64,000 nt of DNA, taken from NCBI GenBank assembly GCA_038133845.1, contig JAYPUA010000004.1:16971-80970 (forward strand), written 5' to 3'. This DNA comes from Deltaproteobacteria bacterium. GTDB taxonomy: Bacteria; SAR324; NAC60-12. Below the pieces are notes generated by a model that saw only the letters and a list, made by a program, of their open reading frames with translations, did not search any database and had not been told where the DNA came from. A program made the translations under genes and the position numbers. Of the stretch, positions 26,632-36,146 are shown in pieces. The first letter of the stretch is position 1. Each line of letters opens with the position of its first letter.

Positions 26632-27609
26632 ATGAAGTCGAAACTGTGGGGACTGCTCCCTTTCCTGCTGCTGTTCATGGCCACCGGAGCTCAGGCCGAG
26701 TTTTTCCAGCAGCCCCTCCTCTCGCCTCTGGAGTTGCACCGCCTCCAAGAGCAGCACCCGGAAGGCATTACGGTGGTGGACATCAGGCCACTGGAGCACA
26801 AGGTCCCCGAGGCGTCCTATACGGCAGGGCACATTCCGGAGTCCGTCTCTTCACCGTACGCAACCTGGCGCGGGCAGCCTGAAAATCCGGGGAAGATGGT
26901 GACTGTGGACAAACTCACCTGGCTGGTTCAGGCGTTGGGTGTGGAGCAGGATACTCCGGTGGTGGTGGTCCACCGGGGGGACTCTCCCAGCGATTTTGGT
27001 GCCGCAGCACGGGTGTACTGGTCGCTCAAGACCGCTGGACTGAGGGAGTTGGCGATTCTGGACGGAGGCTTTCAGGCGTGGCAGCAGGCCGGACTGCCGA
27101 TCTCCACGGAGGCACACACGGCGTTGCCCAGCGACTACGAAGTCCAGTTGAAGACAGCCTGGCTGGCTACCACTGCGGACATTGAGCAGTTGCTCAGTAG
27201 GTCCGAGGTTCAGTTGCTTGATGCGCGTCCGGAGGCTTTTTTTTGGGGAGAAAAATGGCATGGTGCTGCTGCACGTCCGGGAACGATCGCCGGAGCCGAG
27301 TTCTTTGACAACCACCGCTGGTTCCAACCGGAGAGCCCCTTGCTCGAACCCCCGGAGCGGCTGCGCAATTTGGTCCAGGAGCACCAGCTGGGACATTCAG
27401 AGGTGACGGTCTCCTTCTGCAACACAGGACACTGGGCGGCAACCAACTGGTTCGTACTCAGTGAGTTGCTCGGAGTGGAAGGGGTGAAGCTCTATCCGGA
27501 GTCGCTGGTCGAATGGTCCTCTGCCGGGCTCCCCATGGATCACGTCCCGGGAAGCCTGCGCTGGGCCTGGATTTCGACGCGGCAGTGGCTGAACGCTCAG
27601 TTCAACTGA
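26632..27609 (+). CDS. Periplasmic tandem-rhodanese sulfurtransferase.
   Basis: Signal peptide MKSKLWGLLPFLLLFMATGAQA, two rhodanese-like halves and an active-site Cys in CNTGHWAA. Confidence 0.8.
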   Translation: MKSKLWGLLPFLLLFMATGAQAEFFQQPLLSPLELHRLQEQHPEGITVVDIRPLEHKVPEASYTAGHIPESVSSPYATWRGQPENPGKMVTVDKLTWLVQALGVEQDTPVVVVHRGDSPSDFGAAARVYWSLKTAGLRELAILDGGFQAWQQAGLPISTEAHTALPSDYEVQLKTAWLATTADIEQLLSRSEVQLLDARPEAFFWGEKWHGAAARPGTIAGAEFFDNHRWFQPESPLLEPPERLRNLVQEHQLGHSEVTVSFCNTGHWAATNWFVLSELLGVEGVKLYPESLVEWSSAGLPMDHVPGSLRWAWISTRQWLNAQFN

Positions 27610-27611
27610 AG

Positions 27612-28757
27612 ATGACCTCCGTGAGCCTTTCCAGGTCCACCACGCTGCCTCGTGCCGGAAGTCCGGCGCGGAGGCGGGTGCTGCTTTCAGTCGGAGCGAT
27701 CCTGCTGGTGCTCACGCTGGCCATACACGCAGGGGTGAGACAGGGGCTGCTGCTCGCCATCGGCTTGGGGCTGGGAGCTACGCTGGAGGGCCTTCGCTTC
27801 GGGTTTGCCGGGCCGTGGCGCCAGGCGATCCTGAACCAGGATACCCGCGGGCTCAGGGCCCAGCTGCTCTCCATCGCCTTGGCCGCGGTGATGATGTTCC
27901 CCTTGCTGGGACAGGCTTCCGGGGAGTTGATCGGGGCTGCAGCTCCACTGGGGGTTGCAATGGTTCTGGGAGCGTTTGTCTTTGGGGCCGCGATGCAGGT
28001 GGTGCTTGGCTGTGGATCAGGGACGCTGGTCAACGCAGGTAGCGGCAACCTGACGGGGCTCTGGGTGCTCCCATTCTTTGTGGCAGGAAGCTTCCTCGGG
28101 ACCCTGCACCTGCCCGAGTGGAGCTTGTTAGGGAGCCTGCCTCCGGTGGTGATCAGTCATGAGTTGGGCACGGCGGGAGGCCTGATGGTCACTGCAGGTG
28201 GGCTGCTCGGGCTGGTGTTGGTGCTGCGACATCGCGCGGCTCCGGACGAGCAGAGGATCCCGCTACGGCTCTGGAAAGCCGCGGGGCTCCTGGCCGTTCT
28301 TGCCACGCTCAACCTCCTCGTCTCCGGGCAACCTTGGGGAGTCGTCTATGGCCTCGGGCTCTGGGGCGCGAAGCTGGCCCACTGGTCCGGAGTGGAGTTG
28401 AGCGGATTTGCCTTCTGGGATGCTCCCGGAAATGCCGGGCGGCTGGCGGAAAGCCTGCTGCTCGATGTGACCTCCGTAACCAACCTTGGCATCTTGCTCG
28501 GTGCCGGGCTGGCAAATTGCTGGAAGGGGGAGTTTGCGCCTCAGGTCACGCTGACCCCCAGGCTGTGGATTGCCGGCGCTGGAGCTGGGCTTTTGCTGGG
28601 ATATGCCTCTCGGTTGGCCTACGGCTGCAACGTGGGGGCATTTTTCAGCGGGATTGCCTCCGGAAGCCTCCACGGCTGGGTCTGGTTTGCTTCAGCTTTT
28701 GCAGGCTCCTGGGTTGGAGTGCGCCTGCGCAATCGTCTGGTAGGAGAAGTTCCGTGA
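27612..28757 (+). CDS. YeeE/YedE family inner membrane transporter (thiosulfate or selenium importer-like).
   Basis: The two duplicated signature Cys motifs VVLGCGSGTLVNAGSGN and RLAYGCNVGAFFSGIASGS. The start is 3 nt after the rhodanese stop. Confidence 0.8.
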   Translation: MTSVSLSRSTTLPRAGSPARRRVLLSVGAILLVLTLAIHAGVRQGLLLAIGLGLGATLEGLRFGFAGPWRQAILNQDTRGLRAQLLSIALAAVMMFPLLGQASGELIGAAAPLGVAMVLGAFVFGAAMQVVLGCGSGTLVNAGSGNLTGLWVLPFFVAGSFLGTLHLPEWSLLGSLPPVVISHELGTAGGLMVTAGGLLGLVLVLRHRAAPDEQRIPLRLWKAAGLLAVLATLNLLVSGQPWGVVYGLGLWGAKLAHWSGVELSGFAFWDAPGNAGRLAESLLLDVTSVTNLGILLGAGLANCWKGEFAPQVTLTPRLWIAGAGAGLLLGYASRLAYGCNVGAFFSGIASGSLHGWVWFASAFAGSWVGVRLRNRLVGEVP

Positions 28758-29118
28758 GCCCAACACGACAAATAACGATCCTGCTACTCTGGGGAATGTT
28801 GCTGGGGCTGCTTGTTCTGGATGCGCTACACAGCCTCCCCATCGACCGGTTCCAGTTGCCCCCGCCTCTGGCGTGGGGTTCCGGGAGTCTGGCCTCCGGA
28901 GGGTTTTGCGCAGTTTCTCCTCAGTAAGAGCCCCCGATTCCTTCTCCCCCAAACATCCATCAGGTCCTCAACCAAACCGCGAAACCATCTGCCCCTCAGC
29001 TTTCAGGTGGACCTATTCCAGATCCGGACTTGCAACCCTGAGGCTTAGCCATTATGTTCAGTTGTTGAACAATTTCTGCCAGAAGCAGGTTTTGGCAGAT
29101 TGCAAGTCTTGATTTTTG

Positions 29119-29685
29119 ATGAGACCAGAAGACCAGAGGGTGCTCAGTCTGCTTGAGGCCGTTGAGCAGAGCCCTTCCCTGAATCAGAGAGATCTGGCCC
29201 AGCATTTGGGTATCTCGTTGGGGATGACCAACGCGTACCTGCAGAAGGTCCTCAAGAAGGGCTTCCTGCGGGCCACGCAGGTTCAGCCACGCCGTTGGCT
29301 GTACTTCCTAACGCCTCAGGGGGCCTTGGAGAAGAGCCGGCTCAGCCTGAGTTACCTCCACCGGACCCTGGAGTCCTTCAAGGAACTCCGACGACGGACC
29401 GAGGAGATGCTGCTCCGCTTGGAGCAGCAAGGCGTCTCCGGGGTACACGTCTGTGGGGGTGAGGACCTGTCGGACATCGTGCAATTGTGTCTGGCCGGAA
29501 GTGAAATCCACCTGCTCTCTCAGATTCCCGAGGCGCAGCTGCGGGACTCCTCACAGGCCCTCCCTGAACTGCGCCACTCGGAGCGTCTCCTGCTTGCTGT
29601 GGTCGAGCCTGATCCTCAACTTTTGGAAGCCCTCCTTGCCCGAAACCTCAAGGAGTCCCGGGACTGGATTCGATTTCACTCCTGA
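29119..29685 (+). CDS. Winged-helix transcriptional regulator resembling EPS-associated MarR-family regulators (TIGR04176-like), with an extra C-terminal region.
   Basis: LGISLGMTNAYLQKVLKKGFL...RRWLYFLTPQGALEKSRLS matches the MarR_EPS pattern. The ORF-track start at 29116 is TTG; the ATG is at 29119. Confidence 0.5.
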   Translation: MRPEDQRVLSLLEAVEQSPSLNQRDLAQHLGISLGMTNAYLQKVLKKGFLRATQVQPRRWLYFLTPQGALEKSRLSLSYLHRTLESFKELRRRTEEMLLRLEQQGVSGVHVCGGEDLSDIVQLCLAGSEIHLLSQIPEAQLRDSSQALPELRHSERLLLAVVEPDPQLLEALLARNLKESRDWIRFHS

Positions 29686-29767
29686 GCCGTGCAGATTTGC
29701 CTGGAGGAGTCCGCTGTGAGGGCTCTCTGGCCACCAGAACAGCCCTCAAGTCCATGCGAACCCCTAC

Positions 29768-31363
29768 TCAGTCCAACTGGTCGTAGGCCTTGATTGTCAG
29801 GAAGTCCTCGAAGGCATCTGACGTGGCCAGGTCTTCGAGCAGGCGAGCGGCGTTCTCAAACGATGCTGCGTCGTAGGCGTCTCCGTATGCCTGCTGAATG
29901 TTCCCCAATTCTTCCGGAATCATGGCCTGCACCATCTCCTTGGTGATCTTGCGGCCGTCTTCCAGTTTGCCCTCCGGATGGCGAATCCACTGCCAGAGCT
30001 GAGCACGCGAGATCTCCGCAGTCGCAGCGTCCTCCATCAGGTTGTAGATAGCCACCGCTCCATTGCCCCGAAGCCAGGCCTCGATGTACTGAATCCCGAC
30101 GCTGATGTTGTTGCGCACCCCGGCCTCGGTGATCTGTCCACCAGGAATCTTGAAGTCCAGCAGCTGATCCGGTGTGATCTGAACGTCTTCACGCATGCGC
30201 TGTTTCTGGTTGATGCGTCCGGCCTCAAACGCCTCTGAGAAGACCTCGGTGCAGATGGGGACCAAGTCCGGGTGGGCGACCCACGACCCGTCAAAGCCGT
30301 CTCCGGCCTCCCGCTGCTTGTCTTCACGGACCTTCGCCAAAGCGACCCGGTTGACCTCCGGATCCCGTCGGCTTGGGATGAACGCAGCCATTCCGCCGAT
30401 CGCGTGGGCTCCGCGCTTGTGGCAGGTCCGGACCAGCAGTTCTGTGTAGGCGCGCATCAGCGGTGCAGTCATCGTGACCTGTGCCCGGTCAGGCCAGAGG
30501 AAGCCGGGGTCGTGGTGAAATTTTTTGATCGCGCTGAACATGTAATCCCACCGCCCAGCGTTCAGCCCGGCCATGTGCGTGCGGAGTTCGTAGATGATCT
30601 CCTCCATCTCAAAGGCCGCAAGGATGGTCTCGATCAGCACCGTGGCCTTCACGCTGCCCTGAGGTACACCGAGCGCGTCTTGAGCGCTGACGAACACGTC
30701 GTTCCACAGCCGCGCCTCCAGATGACTCTCCATCTTGGGCAGGTAGAAGTACGGACCAGTCCCCTTGGCCAGGGTGCGCTTGGCGTTGTGGAACAGGTAG
30801 AGCCCCGCATCCACAAGCGATCCGGAGGCCACTTCACCATCAATGAGAAGGTGCTTCTCCTCCAGATGCCACCCCCGAGGGCGCACCACCAGGACCGCCA
30901 GGTTCTCTTCGTTCAGCCGATACGCCTTGCCTTCCGGGCTGTCGAAGCCCAGAGTTCGCTCGTGAGCCGCAATCAGGTTGAGCTGTCCTTGGATCTGATT
31001 GAACCAGTTCGGAGTGTTGGAGTCCTCCAGGTCAGCCATGAAGACTCGGGCTCCGGAGTTGAGGGCGTTGATCATCATCTTCGCATCCACCGGACCGGTG
31101 ATCTCGCAACGCCGATCCTGCAGGTCTGCGGGAATCGGAGCGACCTGCCACTCGCCTTCCCGGATGTTCAAGGTCTCTTCCAGGAATCCGGGACGACGTC
31201 CTCCCTGGATGCCGCTGTGGACCTGGCGCCGATACTGAAGCAGTTCCTTGCGGCGGCTGTTGAACTTGCGGTGAAGCATCACCAGAAACTCCTGGGCCTG
31301 AGGAGTCAAGATGGACTCGAAGCCTGGGTGCATGGTTCCGGTGATTTGAATTCCCTCGGTCAT
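29768..31363 (-). CDS. aceB: Malate synthase A.
   Basis: The 531-aa product matches AceB over its whole length ([35 protein letters not shown]...). Confidence 0.9.
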   Translation of the reverse strand: MTEGIQITGTMHPGFESILTPQAQEFLVMLHRKFNSRRKELLQYRRQVHSGIQGGRRPGFLEETLNIREGEWQVAPIPADLQDRRCEITGPVDAKMMINALNSGARVFMADLEDSNTPNWFNQIQGQLNLIAAHERTLGFDSPEGKAYRLNEENLAVLVVRPRGWHLEEKHLLIDGEVASGSLVDAGLYLFHNAKRTLAKGTGPYFYLPKMESHLEARLWNDVFVSAQDALGVPQGSVKATVLIETILAAFEMEEIIYELRTHMAGLNAGRWDYMFSAIKKFHHDPGFLWPDRAQVTMTAPLMRAYTELLVRTCHKRGAHAIGGMAAFIPSRRDPEVNRVALAKVREDKQREAGDGFDGSWVAHPDLVPICTEVFSEAFEAGRINQKQRMREDVQITPDQLLDFKIPGGQITEAGVRNNISVGIQYIEAWLRGNGAVAIYNLMEDAATAEISRAQLWQWIRHPEGKLEDGRKITKEMVQAMIPEELGNIQQAYGDAYDAASFENAARLLEDLATSDAFEDFLTIKAYDQLD

Positions 31364-31553
31364 ATCTCTCCTTGGATTGGGCTCGGATCAATGCCACCGC
31401 CCCTGTCCGGTGACTGTAGGTTGGTGCGACTGGGGAGTCCAGCACACCGTGGGAAATCGGCGGTCAAGTCAGTAAAGGTTTTTTCAGGCGAGGAATAGGG
31501 TCGCTCAGCAGAGCAGAAATGGGGCTTCGAGTGAAGCTTCGGCTGGGCGAAGG

Positions 31554-32312
31554 TCAGGCCTCCTCCACCTCTTCCATCTGTTCGATCAGCCGCTGTACCG
31601 CCTCCACAAGGGCGGCGCGCATCTCGGAACGCTCCTGAGGATCGTCCATCTTCAGAATGCGCTCGCAATAGCCGGTGAGTTGCTGCAGCGACTCAAATAC
31701 CTGCGCGTCGGCCATCTTGTAAACCCAGCTTGAGTCCTCCGGGTCAACAGGCTCCGGGAGTGGCTCCGGCAAGGCCTGCTGCTCCTTGAACCGCTTGAGG
31801 GTCTCTCTCAGCTCTCGAATGCTGGGGGCCGGCTTCTCGCCTCGTGCCTGATTCCAGACGGTCTCTCGCTCTTCCGGGGTCTCACAGCTGCTCAGCAAGT
31901 AGGCCCCAGAGGCGGTGTAGCGGGAGATCAGCTCCGGATGATCCGCATACGTCTCGGCCACCTTGCGGCACTGCATCGCCGAGGAGTAGGGCATGTTGAT
32001 GTTCTCCGTGTACCACGACTTGACCTGCTCCGTGGTCAGTCCGGACTTGCGCAGCGCCTTGTGCAGCGCGCTCAGGTGCAGGCCGAGCTGAAAGTAGTCG
32101 TCGGAGATGTTGTCGATGAAGCGGTTGATCTGCTCGACCACCAACTGCATGCGCTCCGCCCCTTCACTGAGGCTGAGTTGCTCCAGGCCCAGTTCAGGAA
32201 CAAAGAAGTCTCGCTGCGTTCGAGTCGGGGCCTTGGACTCCAGCAGCTCTGTGCTGCCTTCCTGGGCAATGGTGGACTGGGAGACCAGCTCGATCTTAAG
32301 CGACTTGGCCAT
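31554..32312 (-). CDS. Hypothetical protein encoded immediately downstream of ParA, overlapping it by about 17 nt. Candidate ParA partner or adaptor.
   Basis: About 252 aa with a Lys-rich N-terminus (MAKSLKIELVSQ), a predicted helical body and an acidic tail EQMEEVEEA. No ParB GxRR motif. Confidence 0.4.
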   Translation of the reverse strand: MAKSLKIELVSQSTIAQEGSTELLESKAPTRTQRDFFVPELGLEQLSLSEGAERMQLVVEQINRFIDNISDDYFQLGLHLSALHKALRKSGLTTEQVKSWYTENINMPYSSAMQCRKVAETYADHPELISRYTASGAYLLSSCETPEERETVWNQARGEKPAPSIRELRETLKRFKEQQALPEPLPEPVDPEDSSWVYKMADAQVFESLQQLTGYCERILKMDDPQERSEMRAALVEAVQRLIEQMEEVEEA

Positions 32313-33090
32313 GGCTGCGTCGTTCCTTTTCCCGTTGGGCAATGCGCTTCATGATCTCCTTGCACAAGGCATCATACATGTAGGCACCGCGGGTTCTCCC
32401 CGATCGGTAGTCAAAGATGTTCTGGTGAAAGGCCGGGGCTTCCTGAATGGAGACCGTCTCTTCGATCAGGTTGCTGAACATCAGCTCCGGCCACTGCTCT
32501 TGAAGCCCCTTGCGGATCGTCTGGGAGAGGTTGGTCCGGGTGTTGTAGCGAGTGATGGCAATCCCGAGCACTTCTGCCTGGCACTGTCCCAGGGATTGCC
32601 GCTGGAACTGGCTGATGTAGTTCATGATCTGGTCGCAACCGCTGTAGCCGAGGTAGTCCGTGACAACCGGGACGATCACATAGTCCACATACATCAGCAA
32701 GTTGCGGCTCAGGTCACTCCAGCTAGGGGCGGTGTCCACAATCACGATTCCCTGGCTGATCGGTTCCAGGAGCTTGCGCAGAAAGGTCTCGCGCTGTCGA
32801 GACTGAGCCAAGGACTGGGTCGCCTCGACGATCTCCGTCCCTCCGGAGGGGAGAAAGTAGAAGTGCCGATCCAGTTCAATGAACTCGAACTTCTGCACCC
32901 GCCCCAGGATCAGGTTGGCCAGGTTGCAGACGTGATCTCGCTGAAAGATGGTGGTGACGTTCGCCTGGACGTCCGAGTCGATCAGGAGCACATCGCGCCG
33001 AGCCTTGGCAATACGGGCCGCCAGATTGACGGAAAGGCTGGTCTTGGCCTGTCCACCTTTCATGGACATCACGGCGATTTTGATGCTCAC
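32296..33090 (-). CDS. ParA/MinD-family P-loop ATPase.
   Basis: Deviant Walker A SMKGGQAKTS with the signature Lys; length 264 aa. Confidence 0.8.
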   Translation of the reverse strand: MSIKIAVMSMKGGQAKTSLSVNLAARIAKARRDVLLIDSDVQANVTTIFQRDHVCNLANLILGRVQKFEFIELDRHFYFLPSGGTEIVEATQSLAQSRQRETFLRKLLEPISQGIVIVDTAPSWSDLSRNLLMYVDYVIVPVVTDYLGYSGCDQIMNYISQFQRQSLGQCQAEVLGIAITRYNTRTNLSQTIRKGLQEQWPELMFSNLIEETVSIQEAPAFHQNIFDYRSGRTRGAYMYDALCKEIMKRIAQREKERRSHGQVA

Positions 33091-33230
33091 ACAACTCCGG
33101 ATCAGATGAAAATGCGGTCAAAGTCGGATGCTGAAAAGGTATCAAGGTCGCCTCAAAAGACAAGCTGATGAGAACACCCGGGATGCTGGAGATCAGCGGA
33201 GCAGCCTGGAAGGGCGTATCGGCGGGAAGC

Positions 33231-34316
33231 CTACTCCGCCAGAACGAGCGTATCCTCCGGAGCCCAGCCGACCCAGAGCCGGTCTCCACGCTTGGGGCGG
33301 GCCCCGCTGCGGCTCGGGTTGGTGCGGATCGCACAGAGCAACGGCCCGGCATCGGTCTTCAGGTAGAAGTGGCTTTCGCTCCCGTAGTACACCACCGCAT
33401 CGATCACTCCGGGGAAAGAGAACAGCGGCTCCGAGAGCGGCTCGCTGGACACCCGCAGCTTCTCCGGACGGACCGCCAGGTGCATGGGGCCACTGAGCGG
33501 ACGGGAGTGGGGCACCTGCATCTCGCCCAATTGCTCGGTACGGACGTGCAGGGTTCCGGATTCAAGCCTCTCCGCCTCTCCAGAGAAGAGATTCATTCGG
33601 CCAATGAAGTCGGCCACAAACCGGCAGTTGGGGGACTCGTAAAGCTCTCCGGGCGGAGCGACTTGACGGACCACTCCGCTCTCCATCACGGCGATTCGAT
33701 CGGCCATTGAGAGGGCCTCATCCTGGTCGTGCGTGACGATCACGAACGTAATGCCCACGGCTTTTTGCAGCTTGACCAACTCGAGTTGCATCGCCTCCCG
33801 GAGCTTGGCATCCAGCGCCGAGAGCGGCTCGTCGAGCAGCAGCAGCCGAGGACGCTTGACCAGCGCTCGCGCCAGGGCCACCCGCTGTCGCTGTCCTCCG
33901 GAGAGCTGATCGGGCTTGCGCGAGCTGTAGCCTTCCAGCTTGACCAGCGCCAAGGCCTCTCGGACCCGCTGATCGATCTCCGTGCGGGGCGTGTTGACCA
34001 CCCGTAGCCCGTAGGCCACGTTGTCAAACACCGTCATGTGAGGAAACACCGCATACGACTGAAAGACCATGTTCACCGGACGTCGGTTCGGCGGGATGTC
34101 CTGGGTGTCCTGCCCGTCGATGGTGATGCTGCCTTCGCTGGGAAACTCGAACCCGGCCAGCATGCGGAGCAAGGTCGTCTTGCCGCATCCGGAAGGGCCC
34201 AGGAGCGCAAAGAACTCGCCTTCCCGGATGCTCAGGTTCACGCCATTGACGGCCGCAACACCGCCAAAGCGTTTGTAGACATCCCGGACTTCCAGAATGA
34301 CAGGACGTTCAGCCAT
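33231..34316 (-). CDS. Polyamine-type ABC transporter ATP-binding protein (PotA/PotG-like).
   Basis: Walker A GPSGCGKTT, signature LSGGQRQRVALARAL and a C-terminal TOBE-like domain. Confidence 0.85.
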   Translation of the reverse strand: MAERPVILEVRDVYKRFGGVAAVNGVNLSIREGEFFALLGPSGCGKTTLLRMLAGFEFPSEGSITIDGQDTQDIPPNRRPVNMVFQSYAVFPHMTVFDNVAYGLRVVNTPRTEIDQRVREALALVKLEGYSSRKPDQLSGGQRQRVALARALVKRPRLLLLDEPLSALDAKLREAMQLELVKLQKAVGITFVIVTHDQDEALSMADRIAVMESGVVRQVAPPGELYESPNCRFVADFIGRMNLFSGEAERLESGTLHVRTEQLGEMQVPHSRPLSGPMHLAVRPEKLRVSSEPLSEPLFSFPGVIDAVVYYGSESHFYLKTDAGPLLCAIRTNPSRSGARPKRGDRLWVGWAPEDTLVLAE

Positions 34317-35166
34317 GAGCAGAGTCTCCAAGCTGGTCGCCAGCACGGCTTTGCAGCCACAGGGCAAGGGTGGTCATGATCAGGGTGATGGCAATCAAGA
34401 CAGCCGAAGCGGCGTTGACCTCCGGAGTCACCGAGAAGCGAATCATCGAGTAGATCTTGATCGGGAAGGTCAGCGTGTCAGGCCCGGAGGTGAAGAAAGT
34501 GATCACAAAATCGTCCAGTGAAAGGGTGAAGGCGAGCAACCCGCCGGCGATCAGTCCGGGACGCATGTGAGGGACAAGAACGTCCTTGAAGGTCTGCCAT
34601 TCTCCAGCGCCAAGATCCTTTGCCGCCTCCTCCAACTCCCGGTTGAAGGTGGCCAGGCGTGCGCGGACGACCACCGTGACAAAGGGGAAGCTGAAGGAGA
34701 TGTGGGCGATGGTGATCGCACCAAGATTCAGCGGCCACGGCAGCCCGGCAGGCCACCCCACTCTGGAGAAAAAGGCCAGCATTGCGACCCCCATGCAGAT
34801 CTCCGGGATGACGATCGGAAGCGACATCGCCCCCTCGTATCCAGCCTTTCCGGGGAAGCGGAAGCGCCAGAGGAGGACCGCCGTCATCGTTCCCAGCACC
34901 ACGCTGATCAAGGTACTGAAGAAGGCGATCGTCAGCGAGTTGAGGAAGGCTTCCATCAGCGAAGAGTTGTTCCAGGCCTTCTCATAGTAGCGGAAGGTGA
35001 ACCCACGCCAGACGATGTTGCGGCGGCTGTCGTTGAAACTGAAGGCCACAAGCGTAACGATCGGGGCATACAGGAAAACGAAGGTGCCCAACAGAACCAG
35101 CCGCATCCAGGTCCGGCGGCCATAGTCCAGGGGGCCGATCGGGTTTCGGGGCTTTTTTGAACTCAT
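34309..35166 (-). CDS. Polyamine ABC transporter permease (PotC/PotI-like).
   Basis: Six-TM permease with an EAA loop (EEAAKDLGAGEWQTFKDVLVP). Confidence 0.85.
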   Translation of the reverse strand: MSSKKPRNPIGPLDYGRRTWMRLVLLGTFVFLYAPIVTLVAFSFNDSRRNIVWRGFTFRYYEKAWNNSSLMEAFLNSLTIAFFSTLISVVLGTMTAVLLWRFRFPGKAGYEGAMSLPIVIPEICMGVAMLAFFSRVGWPAGLPWPLNLGAITIAHISFSFPFVTVVVRARLATFNRELEEAAKDLGAGEWQTFKDVLVPHMRPGLIAGGLLAFTLSLDDFVITFFTSGPDTLTFPIKIYSMIRFSVTPEVNAASAVLIAITLIMTTLALWLQSRAGDQLGDSAHG

Positions 35167-36080
35167 GTGGCCTCCAGTCCGCTTCTTCGGGTGTACACGG
35201 CACGCACGGCCAGCGCGAAGAAAGTCAGGTACATCAGCAGGAAGGAGAGCGCAGAGCCAAAAGGCCAGTCGTTTGCCGACTTGAACTGGCGTTCGATCAC
35301 GTTGGCGATCATCTGGCTATCCGTCCCTCCCAGCAGGTCCGGGGTGAGGTACGACCCGAGCGCCGGGATGAAGGTGATGATCACTCCGGAGATGATTCCG
35401 GGAAGTGCCAAGGGCACGATCACGGAGCGGAAGGTGCGCCACTGCCCGGCTCCCAGATCCAAGCTGGCCTCAATGTAGCTTCGATCCATGCGATCCAGCG
35501 CCGCATAGAGAGGCAGAACCATGAAGGGGAGGTGGACGTAGACCAGACCGTAGACCACGGCGAAGTTGTTGTAGAGCAGCTCCCAGCGAGTGAAGCTCTC
35601 TCCAAGCAGTTGCCACTCGCCGAGCCCCAGGAGGCGGAGCAGACCGTCGGCGGCCTGCCAGATCAGCTCCAGCAGGTCGTTGAGGTAGCCGTTGGTACGC
35701 AGCACCGCAATCAAGGCGTAGGTCCGGATCAGGAGGTTGGTCCAGAACGGCAGGATCACCAGCAGCAGCAGGATCGGCTTCCAGCGATCGCTGGCAAAGG
35801 TGATCGCCAGGGCGACCGGGAAGGAGATCACCAGACAGAAGAAGGTCGTCAGCCCGGCATACCAGAAGGACTTGAGGAAGATCTGCAGGTAGAGGGGCTG
35901 GAGCGCACGCAGGTAGTTGTCCAGCGTGCCGGTGATGGCGACCTCGAGGATGCCTTGCTTCTCGCCAAAACTGAGCCCCCAGATCAGGGCCAGCGGCGCC
36001 AGGAAGAAGGCAAACAGCCAAAACGTCGGAGGGAGCCCCAAGGACCAGAAGGCCCGGGGCGATTTTCGCCAGTAATCCAC
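35163..36080 (-). CDS. Polyamine ABC transporter permease (PotB/PotH-like).
   Basis: EAA loop EASLDLGAGQWRTFRSVIVP. Confidence 0.85.
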   Translation of the reverse strand: MDYWRKSPRAFWSLGLPPTFWLFAFFLAPLALIWGLSFGEKQGILEVAITGTLDNYLRALQPLYLQIFLKSFWYAGLTTFFCLVISFPVALAITFASDRWKPILLLLVILPFWTNLLIRTYALIAVLRTNGYLNDLLELIWQAADGLLRLLGLGEWQLLGESFTRWELLYNNFAVVYGLVYVHLPFMVLPLYAALDRMDRSYIEASLDLGAGQWRTFRSVIVPLALPGIISGVIITFIPALGSYLTPDLLGGTDSQMIANVIERQFKSANDWPFGSALSFLLMYLTFFALAVRAVYTRRSGLEAT

Positions 36081-36146
36081 CTCAGCTAGCGAAGTACGGA
36101 GTTCGTAGAGCGTGGGCCTGTCCGAAGACAGGCCGTTCGGAAGGAA

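Noticed and set aside
28754-28930. Small ORF after YeeE/YedE as a TusA/YeeD-like sulfur carrier.
   Set aside because: It has no CPxP motif and is entirely hydrophobic. It is kept only as a speculative small membrane ORF in the findings.
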